A stretch of 64,000 nt of DNA from Macrostomum hystrix. Taxonomy: Eukaryota > Animalia > Platyhelminthes. Position 1 is the stretch's first letter. Each line of letters opens with the position of its first letter. The notes under the pieces are model-generated. The model saw nothing but the letters and a program-made list of their open reading frames with translations. It made no database searches and was not told where the DNA came from. Shown here piece after piece: positions 34,947-47,300 of this stretch. The stretch lies in contig CATNEN010000025.1 in assembly GCA_950097015.1 (NCBI GenBank), positions 9,238,001 through 9,302,000 of the forward strand. Reading direction: 5' to 3'. Position numbers and translations under genes: made by a program.

Positions 34947-37900
34947 ATGTCGGCAGGTCTGGACGCAGCCACGGCGCAGTCTCACGCAGCGGCCGCTGCG
35001 GTATTACGCAAGCCTGCAGCCACTGCTGCGTTGGCTGCCGACTCTACTCCCGTTGTTTCTCGGGTGACTTCCGATATCAGCATAACTGGCGGCCTCACGC
35101 TGACTAGCGTGGTGTGAGTCAGCGGCTGGCGGCTGCACATTTCATCTAATGATATATGCCTTCAGTCCTCTCAAGAACTCTCTTCAGTCCACTGAAGAAC
35201 TGCCTTCAGTCCTCTCAAGAACTGCCTTCAGTCCTCTCAAGAACTGCCTTCAGTCCTCTCAAGAACTGCCTTCCGTCCTCTCAAGAACTGCCTTCAGTCC
35301 TCTCAAGAACTGCCTTCCGTCCTCTCAAGAACTGCCTTCAGTCCTCTCAAGAACTGCCTTCAGTCCTCTCAAGAACTGCCTTCAGTCCTCTCAAGAACTG
35401 CCTTCAGTCCTCTCAAGAACTGCCTTCAGTCCTCTCAAGAACTGCCTTCAGTCCTCTCAAGAACTGCCTTCCGTCCTCTCAAGAACTGCCTTCAGTCCTC
35501 TCAAGAACTGCCTTCAGTCCTCTCAAGAACTGCCTTCAGTCCTCTCAAGAACTGCCTTCAGTCCTCTCAAGAACTGCCTTCAGTCCTCTCAAGAACTGCC
35601 TTCAGTCCTCTCAAGAACTGCCTTCAGTCCTCTCAAGAACTGCCTTCAGTCCTCTCAAGAACTGCCTTCAGTCCTCTCAAGAACTGCCTTCAGTTACTCA
35701 AGAACTGCTTTCAGTTACTCAAGAACTGCCTTCAGTTACTCAAGAACTGCCTTCAGTTACTCAAGAACTGCCTTAAGTTACTCAAGAACTGCCTTCAGTT
35801 ACTCAAGAACTGCCTTCAGTTACTCAAGAACTGCCTTCAGTTACTCAAGAACTGCCTTCAGTTACTCAAGAACTGCCTTCAGTTACTCAAGAACTGCCTT
35901 CAGTTACTCAAGAACTGCCTTCAGTTACTCAAGAACTGCTTTCAGTTTGTCTCCCCTAGGCTCAGATTCGAAGTGGCCTCTCTATCAGAAGTCAGCATCT
36001 CTCGCGCTGATGGGATACAAGCTCGCATCACTCCACTCAAGAGCTGCCTTTAGGAAGCTCAAGAACTACCTCAAAATCACTTTAAAACTTGTGACTCAAG
36101 AGAGACCCAGTTTTCAAACATCTATTAGTTGAATGAGGCTTGTATATCGAGCATTGCTGAATTCTGTAACTATGAAGCCAGCAGTAGAAGCCGATTTATT
36201 AACTAGAGCAGTGACTGCACAGCTGTGAGGACTGGTAGTCGTCTAACGAAAGGTTTCCATTCCGGATATTGGCTGCCGATAGCTGAAGAATCTATTCAAT
36301 CCTCTCTTTTTCATCAGCAGAATTTAATTGAATTTAATGGGTCTGGATTGATTTTCCTGTCACCTTCTGCTTAGGATATTATATGGAGGCTGCCGCTCAT
36401 CTTCAATTTGACTCGAGAATGGAGCTGAAAACTTTATAAGTTCTCGCACGCCTGGCACTTCCTGATTAATTTTTATTCATTTTCAATAGATGACAGTTTC
36501 TTTCACAATACGAGCTAGCGTGCTTCAAAAAACGCCGAGGGTGCGATCTTTGTTGAAGTAAAACACTTCTCACTTAAAATTGACTTCAAATTATTGTTTT
36601 GAACCGTATTTTGCAACCTGATGATTTTCAAAACTCATCAATATGTACAGAAAAAAAGTAATTTAAAGTCGATTCCCGAATCCTCATTAGGGAGTTCCCA
36701 GACGACGAGTGCCTGATTGTGCGAGCTTCGCCGGAACGCAACCTGTGGGCGGTTGGCCTGGCCAGCGGACGCGTCCAGCTGCTCAGGGCTGTCGCCGACA
36801 CCGCCGCCTCCGTCGTACAGACTCTTTTCGACTCCGGCTGGCGCGAGAAACAGAGCGTCACTGGCCTGGTCTTTTTCCCGGCTGAGCAGCAGCAGCAGCA
36901 CAAGCAGAAGACGGCAACAAAGGTAGAACCCTGTGACCCCTTTTGTAGGAAATATATTTCCAACGAGGTGGGAGTTTATGGATGTTTCTGAGTGGCTCGG
37001 GAATTTCGGGATTTCCTGACTTACTTGACTTAGCTGCAGGGGGCATCTTCCGGATGCAGCGGGGAGGCGTTGCCGCCCATTCCGCTAGCCCCTGGCGACC
37101 ACGGGCAGCTAGAGCTGCGGTGTCGCGCAGGGGGATCCGGTGGTGCCGGCGTCCGCAGCGCGGTCCTCCTCCGGAGTGTCCAGGAGGTGGAGGGTTGCTC
37201 GCCCGGTGGCCCTCAGGTATCGGACGAGCTGGCAGATGTTCTCAGGCCTGAAAACGTCGGGGAGATCCGGGTTTGGGCCGAGATAGGTGAGCCGGTCCTG
37301 AGTGAAGGCGGGGCAGTCGCAAATAAAATGCTCTGCATCCTCAACATAGGAGAGGCAGAAGGGGCACTCCTCACTGCGGATTTTGCCTCGGGATTTCCTG
37401 ACGATTTTGTTAAATTGATTAATTAGCCGATTTTATGGAAACTATACCTTCCTACAGGGTTAGATTTCCTGATTTCGTGGGTAAATCCTCGCTACTTGCC
37501 TGCTGGGAGTGTAACTTGCTGGTTAATTCGCTAGAGGAAGGCTTGGGGGCTTGTCGTGCAATTTACGCCCTTGAGGGCCAACCTCCAAGGCACAGTGAAA
37601 CTGTACACTGCCTGTTGATGAGAAATGTTGATTAACCAATGAACACTACCTTATCCGCAGCCCTCCTGCCATTATTATATTTAAAATTGAATTTATAAAT
37701 AGTAAATTATTATAATAATTGACAATGCTTTATTGAAAATAAGGAGAAACAATAATTCCCAAAACCATTAAGTCATAAGTCACAAGTGTCATTGAGTAAT
37801 AACAGCATCGTTAATAATTCACAGCAGCAGCAGCAGCAGAAGAGCCCCGGTAATCTTCTATTGGCCAGCTATGCCACGGGTCAAATTAGGATGTGGCGGT

Positions 37901-40900
37901 ACACAGCCTCCGGCAGTCAGCAACAGCAGCAGCAGCCCGCACCGCAGCTTCTTTGGTCGATAAACGAGGAGCGAGCATCCGATGGCTATGGCCCCACTCC
38001 CGGCAGCGTCAACAATCAGATCCTCTGCCTGGCCTGCTCCACTGACGGCCAGCGATTCGTGACCGGCGGCGCCGATGGAGTCATTCGGGTCTACGACACG
38101 CGCCGGCGCTGCCTGACAAACCTGTGCCAGGCTGGTAGCCTGTCAGCTGGACGGGTCGACGGCCATCGCGGCCGAGTCTGCGCCCTCGCCTATCACCCGC
38201 AGGGCAGGCGCCGGCCGGCCGAGTTTGGCCACCTGTTCATCTCCGGCGGCTGGGACAACACCGTCCAGATCTGGGACGACCGCAAGCCGCGCAGCCTGTG
38301 GGTGTACTTCGGACCCCACGTCTGCGGATCGGACGCCATCGATGTCGACGCTGTGCAGGGGCACATTCTCACTGGCAGCTGGGAGCGGCACAAGTCCATG
38401 CTGCAGGTGAATGCGGTTTTGGCAGAAATACCAAGAAAAATCCGAAGAACTATAAGTGGGAATTCCATGGAAAATCCGTTGGAATTCCATGCATAGCTGC
38501 CATGAACTTTGGGATGAATTGTAGGAAAGTCAGCACAAACATTTAGAAACACCTACACAAGATAATTAAATCATTTTTTCAGCAATAAAATAATTACTTA
38601 TTACATATGCCCTAATCCGGCCAGATGTGCAAGACACAGGAACCGTAGCTTGCTTTGATTTACACGGGTGCATTATCATCGCACATCTATCTTACAGTAG
38701 GTATTCACCCAGTCAGTTTTACCATGTCTCTAATTAATCCACACCCGAAAAAACACAAAACACGTACTGCCTGCAACATTGCACAAAAACACATAACCAG
38801 AACACACGACACACTTAAAAGGTGTGGAAATTCAACGAGGACGCAGCGCACGGCCGGCTGGACCTGGACGACAAGTCCGTCCAGGAGGACATGCTGCGCG
38901 GCAGGCCGCTGGGCGAGCTGCAGCAGGACCCCACCGGGACGCCGTCGATGGGCTACGTGGCCCAGTGGCTGGGCGGGCAGTACATGGTGTTCGGCGGCAG
39001 CAACGCCAACGCGTTGAAGATTGTGGACCGCAGCACTCTGAACGTGAGTAGAATTACTATGAAGGGTGAAATCTAGCTAGCCAAATCTGAACTCATTCAG
39101 TTCAGCTGAGTTCATATAACCCACAACACGCTCTGCATCCAAGCAGATGGTCATTAATTGCACAGTTTTTTATCCAATGCTCTCTTGCCCTCGTGTGCAT
39201 GTGTCGCTTGGTTTTTCCTATGTAGGAAACGCTCTGATCCTCAGAGCAGCGAAATTGGTAAACAACACCGGCCTTAAGAGCAAGAGGAACATCTGACTTG
39301 AGTCGGCTAGCATAGCGACCAATCTTTTCAGTGTGGAACACAATGCGAACACTGCATTTAACCCATTTTCTAAAAGTTTTCTCCAGCTTTTTCCTGAAGT
39401 CAAGCGACACACCACCAAAGTATGGGAGAGTGATCATAGCACCCCAGGCCTCGGTCTCAGATTGCTTGAGCCCACCACTGTTGGAGACTTTCTTAGTGAC
39501 GAATCCGTTAACGATGCGGCACTCTCGTAAGCCTGTACCCGCGCTAAAGGCTTGCAATGAAAATGTAATTATACAGTCAGATACGTATTTTTTATGCGTC
39601 TGTTTTGCAACCCAGCCTGTACTAGTTTAACACCTTTTTATCACGAGCCAGTATCTTATAAATTATTCGCATTTTTTCATATGGAAATGCCGATACGAAG
39701 GCTGACTTAAAGACTGAATTCATTCTTATATGGTTTGGGTCGCGTGCTGTAGCCGCGGAGAGAGTAAAGGCTGCTTTTTGTTTACTCTCCTTTGATGGTA
39801 AAATGCATAATTCTTTAAAAAAATCTACAACCATGCGTTCCAGCCGCGTTTAACACAAGAAAGAACATTGTATTCTATTTTATTATATTTTTAATAGACA
39901 TAGTTCTCTTTTTTCAGTATCTACTAAATATCCAACAAATCCGCAGGAAAATCCAGAGCATGGGCTTAAAGTTTCCCCTCTATCCGATGCAATAACAGGA
40001 ATAACATCGCCATCATCGAGATATTCAACGTCTCTCGTCGGGATTTCTGGTGGCAAAAACCACAAACATGAGCATAATTTTTCTGCTCACAAAATTTCAT
40101 CATGTAACCATGTCTGCTTTGATTGTTACGAGTAACTATGTTTTATTGCTTCTAATATACTAAAAATGAAAATTTATTACTAATTTTGATTAACCTATAT
40201 GGATTCGCCAATATAGAGGATTATGCAGAGCAATGTTACTTGTTCTTGTCACTAGAGAATCGCTGAATGTCTCGACGATGCTGACGTCGGACGGCTTTGA
40301 AAGTTAGTTCATCGTGAAGGGTGGAAAATTTGGATCTATATGGTGGACTTTCACGAAAATTGTTTGTAAGCTGAATAACACTAGTCAGGTCATGTTAGCT
40401 GATTTATTATGCACAGACTGGTCGATGAATGTACATTGATTATTGAAACGATTTGATAGGTTGAGGGCTAAAACATGCACTGACACGCAGGTGCATATGC
40501 GGTGTGTAAACACTGCTAGAGTGTGACAGCGCACGAGAGAAAGGAGTAAGATAACATAGAAAGTAGACCAGGTCTAAAGCATAAAAGTGCAACCGCAAAC
40601 CCAACATTGTTCGTTCTGTTTGGAAGCTATCGTGAAGTGGGCAGTGGGCATTTGAAATACTCCCCGTGGTCCTTCCCCTGGGGTGAGTAGAGTGTTCTTT
40701 CTACTGTTAATACGGCAGTGTGAATGAGCCCTTAGGAGCTTGTCGTGTAACTTACGACCTTGAGGACCAGCCTCCGAGGCACAGTGAGAGTACCTGCGTA
40801 CGTGTGTGCTCAGGGGTCAGTGGAATGTGCATAATTGCCTCCACGCTGGCTGCGGGTCTATTGTCACCAAATGATGCGCCAGTGCCCACTCGATCCCAAA

Positions 40901-41098
40901 TCCCATACCCAGATCGTTGCTGGTGTGGTCAGCCTACCCAAGGGCATCTATTCGCTGGCCTCCCTGACTCACGATCCCAGCTCAGCTGCAGCAGCGTCGA
41001 CCGGCTCCGCGGCAGCCACCGAAGGCCGGCGGCTAAGCCATCGGCTGGCCTTCTGTGCGGGCAGTCGACTCTACGTGATGAAATTTGAGCGCAAATGA
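34947..41098 (+). CDS. WD40-repeat protein, ~462 aa. Exons 34947-35113, 36691-36922, 37825-38406, 38822-39043, 40913-41098
   Basis: Phase-consistent splicing. WD motifs [49 protein letters not shown] and LTGSW...LQVWK. Confidence 0.85.
35155..35945. repeat. Minisatellite in WD40 intron 1: a 22-bp unit (CCTTCAGTCCTCTCAAGAACTG) switching to a 21-bp unit (CCTTCAGTTACTCAAGAACTG) at ~35690
   Basis: Direct reading. It explains the ORFs at 35149 and 35156. Confidence 0.95.
37021..37387 (-). mobile_element. 5'-truncated copy (367 bp) of the 28229-34510 LINE, with a 15-bp TSD
   Basis: Matches the element's 3' end (~28240-28602) with two substitutions seen by eye. TCGGGATTTCCTGAC lies at 37006-37020 and 37388-37402. 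Confidence 0.93.
39102..39840 (-). mobile_element. Penelope-like element remnant (RT C-terminus + GIY-YIG endonuclease) in WD40 intron 4
   Basis: [15 protein letters not shown]...[17 protein letters not shown]...AINDHL. The upstream part is disrupted by stops. Confidence 0.8.
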
Positions 41099-41502
41099 GG
41101 GGACGGCTTCAGCATCAGCTTTCTCCTTCAGTTCAAGCAAACTCGCAGAGCAAATTTATGGAATCACGAAAGTTTAACAGTGAATTGCTTTAAAAGTCAG
41201 ATTTTTTAATATTGCAAATTGAATCGGATTTTACTCGCTATTCTAGACAGCTTAATAGATTTTATTGACACTGCGGGTCAGTACCCAAAAGCTTTGATCA
41301 GAAGAGAAATCGTTTTAGGGCAAATTCTGTATATAATTTGGACTTTTGTACCTTATGTAGCCCCGCAAATTATATACAATTTTTATGATTCAATTAATTC
41401 AGGTAAAAATTGAATACTTTGATTCTGCAAATAGCTACTTAAGTGGTTACGTAGTTTATGGATTAGCAATAGAATGACATTTTCAGTAGCTTTGTTGTAT
41501 TT

Positions 41503-41745
41503 TATTTAATCCCCAGCTTGGCCCGGCCTATTGGCTATAAATTCTGTGCATTTATTATTTAATCGGCCTAGGCCGTTAAATGATTTAACGGCCTAGGCCG
41601 ACTAAACATATAGTCTATGGTCACAGTTGCTGTAAACAGTTTTAGGCACAGATTCTATATTACCTATGTAATATAATAGGTAATATAGAATCTGTGGTTT
41701 TAGGTTTGCAATCTCGTGAGCCGGGCCAAGCTTTAGGATTAAATA
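41503..41745. repeat. Fold-back element: an outer inverted repeat enclosing two perfect hairpins
   Basis: Outer arms 41503-41527 / 41720-41745; hairpin 41563-41580 / 41584-41601; hairpin 41647-41667 / 41676-41696. Confidence 0.85.
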
Positions 41746-42639
41746 CTATATTAAATAATTAAATAATACCCTGTTGAAATCGTTGTCTATGGCCTTGGAA
41801 CGGCTTCGGACTGCGCTTCTGGGACTCGGCTTCGCCTCGGCCAAGAAACGCGTCCTCAGCCTTTCCTAGGCCAAAGAAACGAAATCAGGGGGTATTATTC
41901 TATACTTCATTTTTGTTATCTTTTCGCATGCCATGCAGCACTCCTTTTTACGATTTTATCTTCTTTACCGTTCTACTTATAGTGGAGAACATTGAAATCG
42001 TATGCCTATTTTTATCCGAATTGTACATGCAATTTTATTTAACGAACGTAGTCGCAACATTAAATTTTGTATCTGATAAAATGCTTTTTCTATTGTACTT
42101 TTGTTGATCCGAACAAAATTTTGAATACCAAATAAACATCTGATTTAAAATAAGCTATTCCGAACAATATTGTCTCGTTATTGTCTTTTGACTATTAAGC
42201 TTTGTTCGGTCCCAAAGCTACTAATTTTGCCGCAGAAATGTGCTTACGAATTGTATAGGGCTGTAGGGGGATTATTTGTGGGTAATGATTGATGTGTGTT
42301 AGTCAAGACACGTTTATTGTGCGCATTTAGTGCATCAGCAAGTTCGAAGGAATCTGAAAGTATTCTCGAGGTCTTTAAAGGAAAAGGAAGATGAACACCG
42401 TAGATATAACTGTAACAGCTTGAGACTTGAAAAGTCTATGGTTGAAACCACAGCAAACGAACTTGTGGGGAAAAGTACAACAGAGAGGGATTGATCGATA
42501 CCTACCAGAAACAAAACAAAACAAAACACAAACACACAAAATACAACACAAAACGAGACCACCGCTATAGTTAGGACTCTTAGAACAACATGCCCTCCTC
42601 CGATAATGGTCTTCATTCAGCATTTTATCGCCTAGACTA

Positions 42640-43500
42640 TATTTAAATGTTATTAAGATTTAGTAATGTCCCGAGTAGCGGTGGCAGTAGCGAAGTGGTT
42701 ACTCTTTGGCACGAAACGATCAGGGGCGACCCGGTTTCGGCCGCTTCTCCGTGGGCGCACGTCATCTTCTCGGTCATAGGCCTGATTCTCGGTCTGATTC
42801 TGGGTCTCGATAGCAGCCAACTAACACATTCCCCCAGTAACTTGCATGTTTCCAGCCGCATCATCCTCATCCACATCAAATCCTGGGGATTGTGTGGCAA
42901 AATGGAGCAAGTTGGTTTGAGCTCGCGAAGCCAATATTGTCTCCGGTCAGTATCCAAGCCGTATTTTGGCCGGCCGTCATTTCAAAGGTCGCTGGGGTTG
43001 CAACAGCCGAGCTATTAGGCGAGTAGATTATTCAACATTGTACATGGTTCAACATGCGATACAACCGGGACTCGAAGTCGTCTTCCGTAGAGAATTTCGG
43101 CTGGGCAGCTTCCTCGGCCGAGGCTGAGTTTCGATGGTGCAGGAGCACTTTCTGCAAGCAGTGGCGGGATTTCATGTGCGATATTCTTTCAGACCAGACA
43201 CGAAGCGCCGACTTGACTGCTTACAGCTCTTTCGGCTGCCCCATTCGCCTCGGGATAATATGGCGGTGACTCCATTTTGCGTGCGCCGTTGACGCGCTGC
43301 AACCATGAGGTGAGCGGGTCTGCCGTAAACTCGGGTGTGTTGTCCGACACTACTGTCTCCGGAACGCCAAATCGTGTGAATGCGGTTCTGAGGCAATGCA
43401 TGACGGAATTGGTTGACCGGTCGCGGCATGGGAAGGCCCCTATCCAACTTAAGAAAGAATCCACGACGACTAAAATGTTGCCATCGTTGCCAATGGGCAC
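42640..43500 (-). mobile_element. Ty3/Gypsy LTR-retrotransposon integrase remnant
   Basis: ILVVVDSF...FGVPETVVSDNTPEF...SPPYYPEANGAAERAV (DDE core). The N-terminal side is interrupted by a SINE family 1 copy at ~43500-43760. Confidence 0.85.
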
Positions 43501-44350
43501 TTGGGCGACTCTGCCCATTTCGCTGACTCGTATGCACACACGCACACAGATACCGAAATCAGGCATATGCTCACACAGGTGTGTACATCTGCCCTGAATA
43601 TCTCATAGACAAGAATTGTACACTTTCACAATGCCATTGAGGTTGACCCTCGATGGCGTAAATTGCCTTCTCTCCGCAACTGCGCCCCAAAGTAATGTGG
43701 CCTCGCCACGGAATCGAGCTTAAGGACCTTGGTACGAGAGGCAAACGCGTTAGACCGCCATTCCAATCATCCACCTGATTGTGGTTCAATTGTGGTTGTA
43801 GCCTGGTGATTAGAGCGTCGGACTAACGACTTGAAGGGCGGGGATTCGACCGCACCACGGCGGCCTAACCACGTCCAAATAAATTGCAGCGTTGTCAGAG
43901 CAAGCCACGTCATCCTACTGCAATGTGGATTTATCTGTTTTTGGCTGGTCAGCCTCACCATCGCGATGTTAGAAAAAAGCTACCGCACGGCTACCCAAAG
44001 GAGTCCCCAGCCGGTCATGCTCTGCTGATTTTTAGAACTCTTGAGATGATTTGAGCCTAACACAAGCTCAGGTAACATCTCTAGCCTCGCACTATTTACC
44101 TGTCTTGTTTCTCTTGTCTCTAACGGCAACCGGAATGGAGCAGTTGTTGAATTATTAATCATCCCTCACCATCAGACAGACGATGCAGCCAGAAGTCAGT
44201 TAATAAATACTTAATGAGTGAGCAGTCACGTCGATATCTACTTCCTGAGTAGGAGTGCTCAGCTTAAGTTTAAAAGTCAGCGCTGGGCCGGATTTTTTAA
44301 CTACCTTCCGTCTCCAAGCATTGAGAGCCAGAACACCTTAAGCCAAAATC

Positions 44351-47300
44351 ATGCGAAACATATACGGGCCGATTCTCGCCCTACTGATGATCATCGCCGT
44401 CTCGCTGTCGCCATCGGAGGCCGCTGGCTCCGGCACTGTGGCCACTTATTCCACCTCTAACGCGCAGATGAACAAGCGCATCGTCGGCTGCCCGCTGATG
44501 GACGTCTCGGCGGGTAGTGTCGACGCTCCTGCCGCCGCCGCCGCTATTGGGCCCGGACTGTCAGCCGTAGCCGCCACCAAGTCGATGCAGGGCTGCGCCG
44601 CGTTGTGCCGCGCCCGCTCGCCAAACTGCGCCGCCTTCGCATTCAGCGCCACCGAGGCAAAGTGCGAACTGAGCACAGGAAAGCCAGGCACCGGAGGCTG
44701 CGCGCTTAGCAGCGCCGAAGGCTGGATGGCCTTCAATCTGGATGACTTCAAAGCCCCCACCGTGAGTTGCGGAACGGTTTGTGCTGGGTTGTGGGACAAG
44801 GACTACTAAAAAACAACTCTTGTTTAGTAGTCCTTGTTGTGGGATAGAAGGGAAGATTAATTTCAAAAGTCCTAATCCTAAAATACGACTATTAACTTAA
44901 ATATTAACTTTCTTGTTGCTTCTCCATTCTTCTGCCGCAACAATCAGCCACCTGTTGGAGCCTGCCAAGAAGCCGTTAACGCATGCCTCAATAACGGTGT
45001 GTGCCTGTCGCGCACTGAACAAAAGGACGGCAGCTACGTGTGCGCCTGCCAGGTCGGCTTCAGCGGCGACAGGTGCCAGAGCACGGGTGAGAACATTTTC
45101 GAAATTTACCTCGACGCAAACTTTGGCGCTTTGGAATTGTGTGCTTGGTCTACTGCGCCGATAATTTTCAGCTATTCAAAATAAATAGCTCGTACATTGG
45201 TTTCAATCAAAGCGAAAGCAACAGATTGTTTCCGAGAACAGCTGGTACTAGATCGTATTTATTTAACGAATACTTGGTTTGCATACTCAAATACAAACAA
45301 AGGGAAAAAATTTGAGGACGGTCGACTTCTAGCCAGCGAGGAGGCGTTTCTGCGCACTCCGCTGACCGTTTAGCACACCCGAACGAACAGATACGCACAC
45401 AGGTGCACGGTCACACAGGTGTGCAACATTAGCCCTGCCCTTATCATCATCAGGCAGTGTGCACTGTGCCTTGGGGGGCTAACTCTAATAGTCTAAAATT
45501 TCACGAAAATTACCACTCATTCACTCGCATTGTACGGTGCCTTTGAAGCTTGAGTTTACTCCAGGTTGATAATGGGCAAAAAATAAACGAGAAGTTTTTG
45601 CATTTCTCCCACCGGTGCTGAAGTGGCCCAGCCCACCTGGTCCAGCTGGTCGGCCTACAGCACCTGTTCGTCCACCTGCGGTCAGGGGGTGCGCAAACGC
45701 AGCCGAAGCTGCTTGGACGCCAGCGGAAATCCGGTCAATGCGGTGGCGGCCTGCGGCCCCGAAAGTCCCGACGTGTTCGAGGCCTGCAACAGCAGCGTCT
45801 GCCCCAGTGAGTGATGCCTGCAGACTTCAAGAAAAAATCTTTATTGCATTGCAAATCTAGCAAAAGTCTTGCTTTGATAAAGATAGATAGAATAGCACCT
45901 AACCCATGTGTGTCAAATGTATAAGCAAGTGTCATTTAAGAATTTTAGCAGGGTGAAAAGAAAAAGTTAAATGCTTTCTCAAGCACTAAAAAACTTTCTC
46001 GTATTCGCTTTGAATTATTTTCATAGGCTGGTCGGACTGGTCCGAGTGGTCCGTGTGCAACACCACCACGACGTGCGGCCCCGGCGTGCGCCAACGCAGT
46101 CGCAGCTGCGCCAACGGCGGCGTTGTCGGCACCGATTGTCGCGGCAACGCAGTGGAGAGCACACCATGCAACTCAGTGTCCTGCCTGCGTGAGTGTCGCG
46201 CTGTGAAAAAATCTGAGTTTGGGGTGGGGAAAGTAAAGATGAGACTGCTCAACTTTTACTGTCAACGATTGCAGTGCAAAACGCCCCGGTATCGCTCAAC
46301 CCTGTGACGTACGAGCCCATGACCCTTGGCAAGGGATACGTGCAGATCTATAGCGACGTTCTGGCTACCACTGGCTACGTCTGCTCCGATGGCTTCGACA
46401 ACGCCAAGGAGGGCCTCGTTGTCTGCAGATCGCTTGGCTTCGACGGAGTTCAGGCCCTGCCGGGTCTGTATCGCCATGGTTACCTTGGCTTTCACTGAAT
46501 TTCTGTGTTTTGGGTAGCTATGCTCGTACAAATATTTTTTTCTGGTTTTCGGACTTTCCATTTGACTTTATGTGAGCCTTGCCAAATTTTCAAAGCGTAA
46601 GTAAATTTGATTGTCAACTGCAGCCGCAAGTTCGCTGCCTCCAACGCCAGATCAGGCGCTCTACCTACTCAGCAAGCTGGAGTGCAACGGTGACGAGGCC
46701 ACGCTGCAGTCTTGCGCACATTCGCCCTGGTCCAACTCCACCACATGCGCCACTGGGAAAGCGGCATACGTTCTATGCAAGGGTGAGAATGGAGCCAATT
46801 ATATAGACACTGGCGAGTCTGACTGGCTGTCCCACAAATACACTGGGCAGATTGGTAGGTCAGAAGGGCTAGCAGGAGCTGGGGAGGTGAGGGGTGACGG
46901 TGTTTAGAGGCGTGCTGTGGGCTAGCAGGAGTTGGGGAGGTGAGGGGTGACGGTGTTTAGAGGCGTGCTGTGGGCTAGCAGGAGTTGGGGAGGTGAGGGG
47001 TGACGGTGTTTAGAGGCGTGCTGTGGGCTAGCAGGAGTTGGGGAGGTGAGCGGTGAGGGTGTTTAGAGGCGTGCTGTGGGCTAGCAGGAGTTGGGGAGGT
47101 GAGCGGTGAGGGTGTTTAGAGGCGTGCTGTGGGCTAGCAGGAGTTGGGGAGGTGAGCGGTGAGTGTGTTTAGAGGCGTGCTGTGGGCTAGCAGGAGTTGG
47201 GGAGGTGAGCGGTGAGGGTGTTTAGAGGCGTGCTGTGGGCTAGCAGGAGTTGGGGAGGTGAGCGGTGAGGGTGTTTAGAGGCGTGCTGTGGGCTAGCAGG

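Noticed and set aside
42270-42630. Possible Penelope 3' end with a degenerate hammerhead (minus strand)
   Set aside because: Too decayed: no intact GIY-YIG motif or catalytic core.
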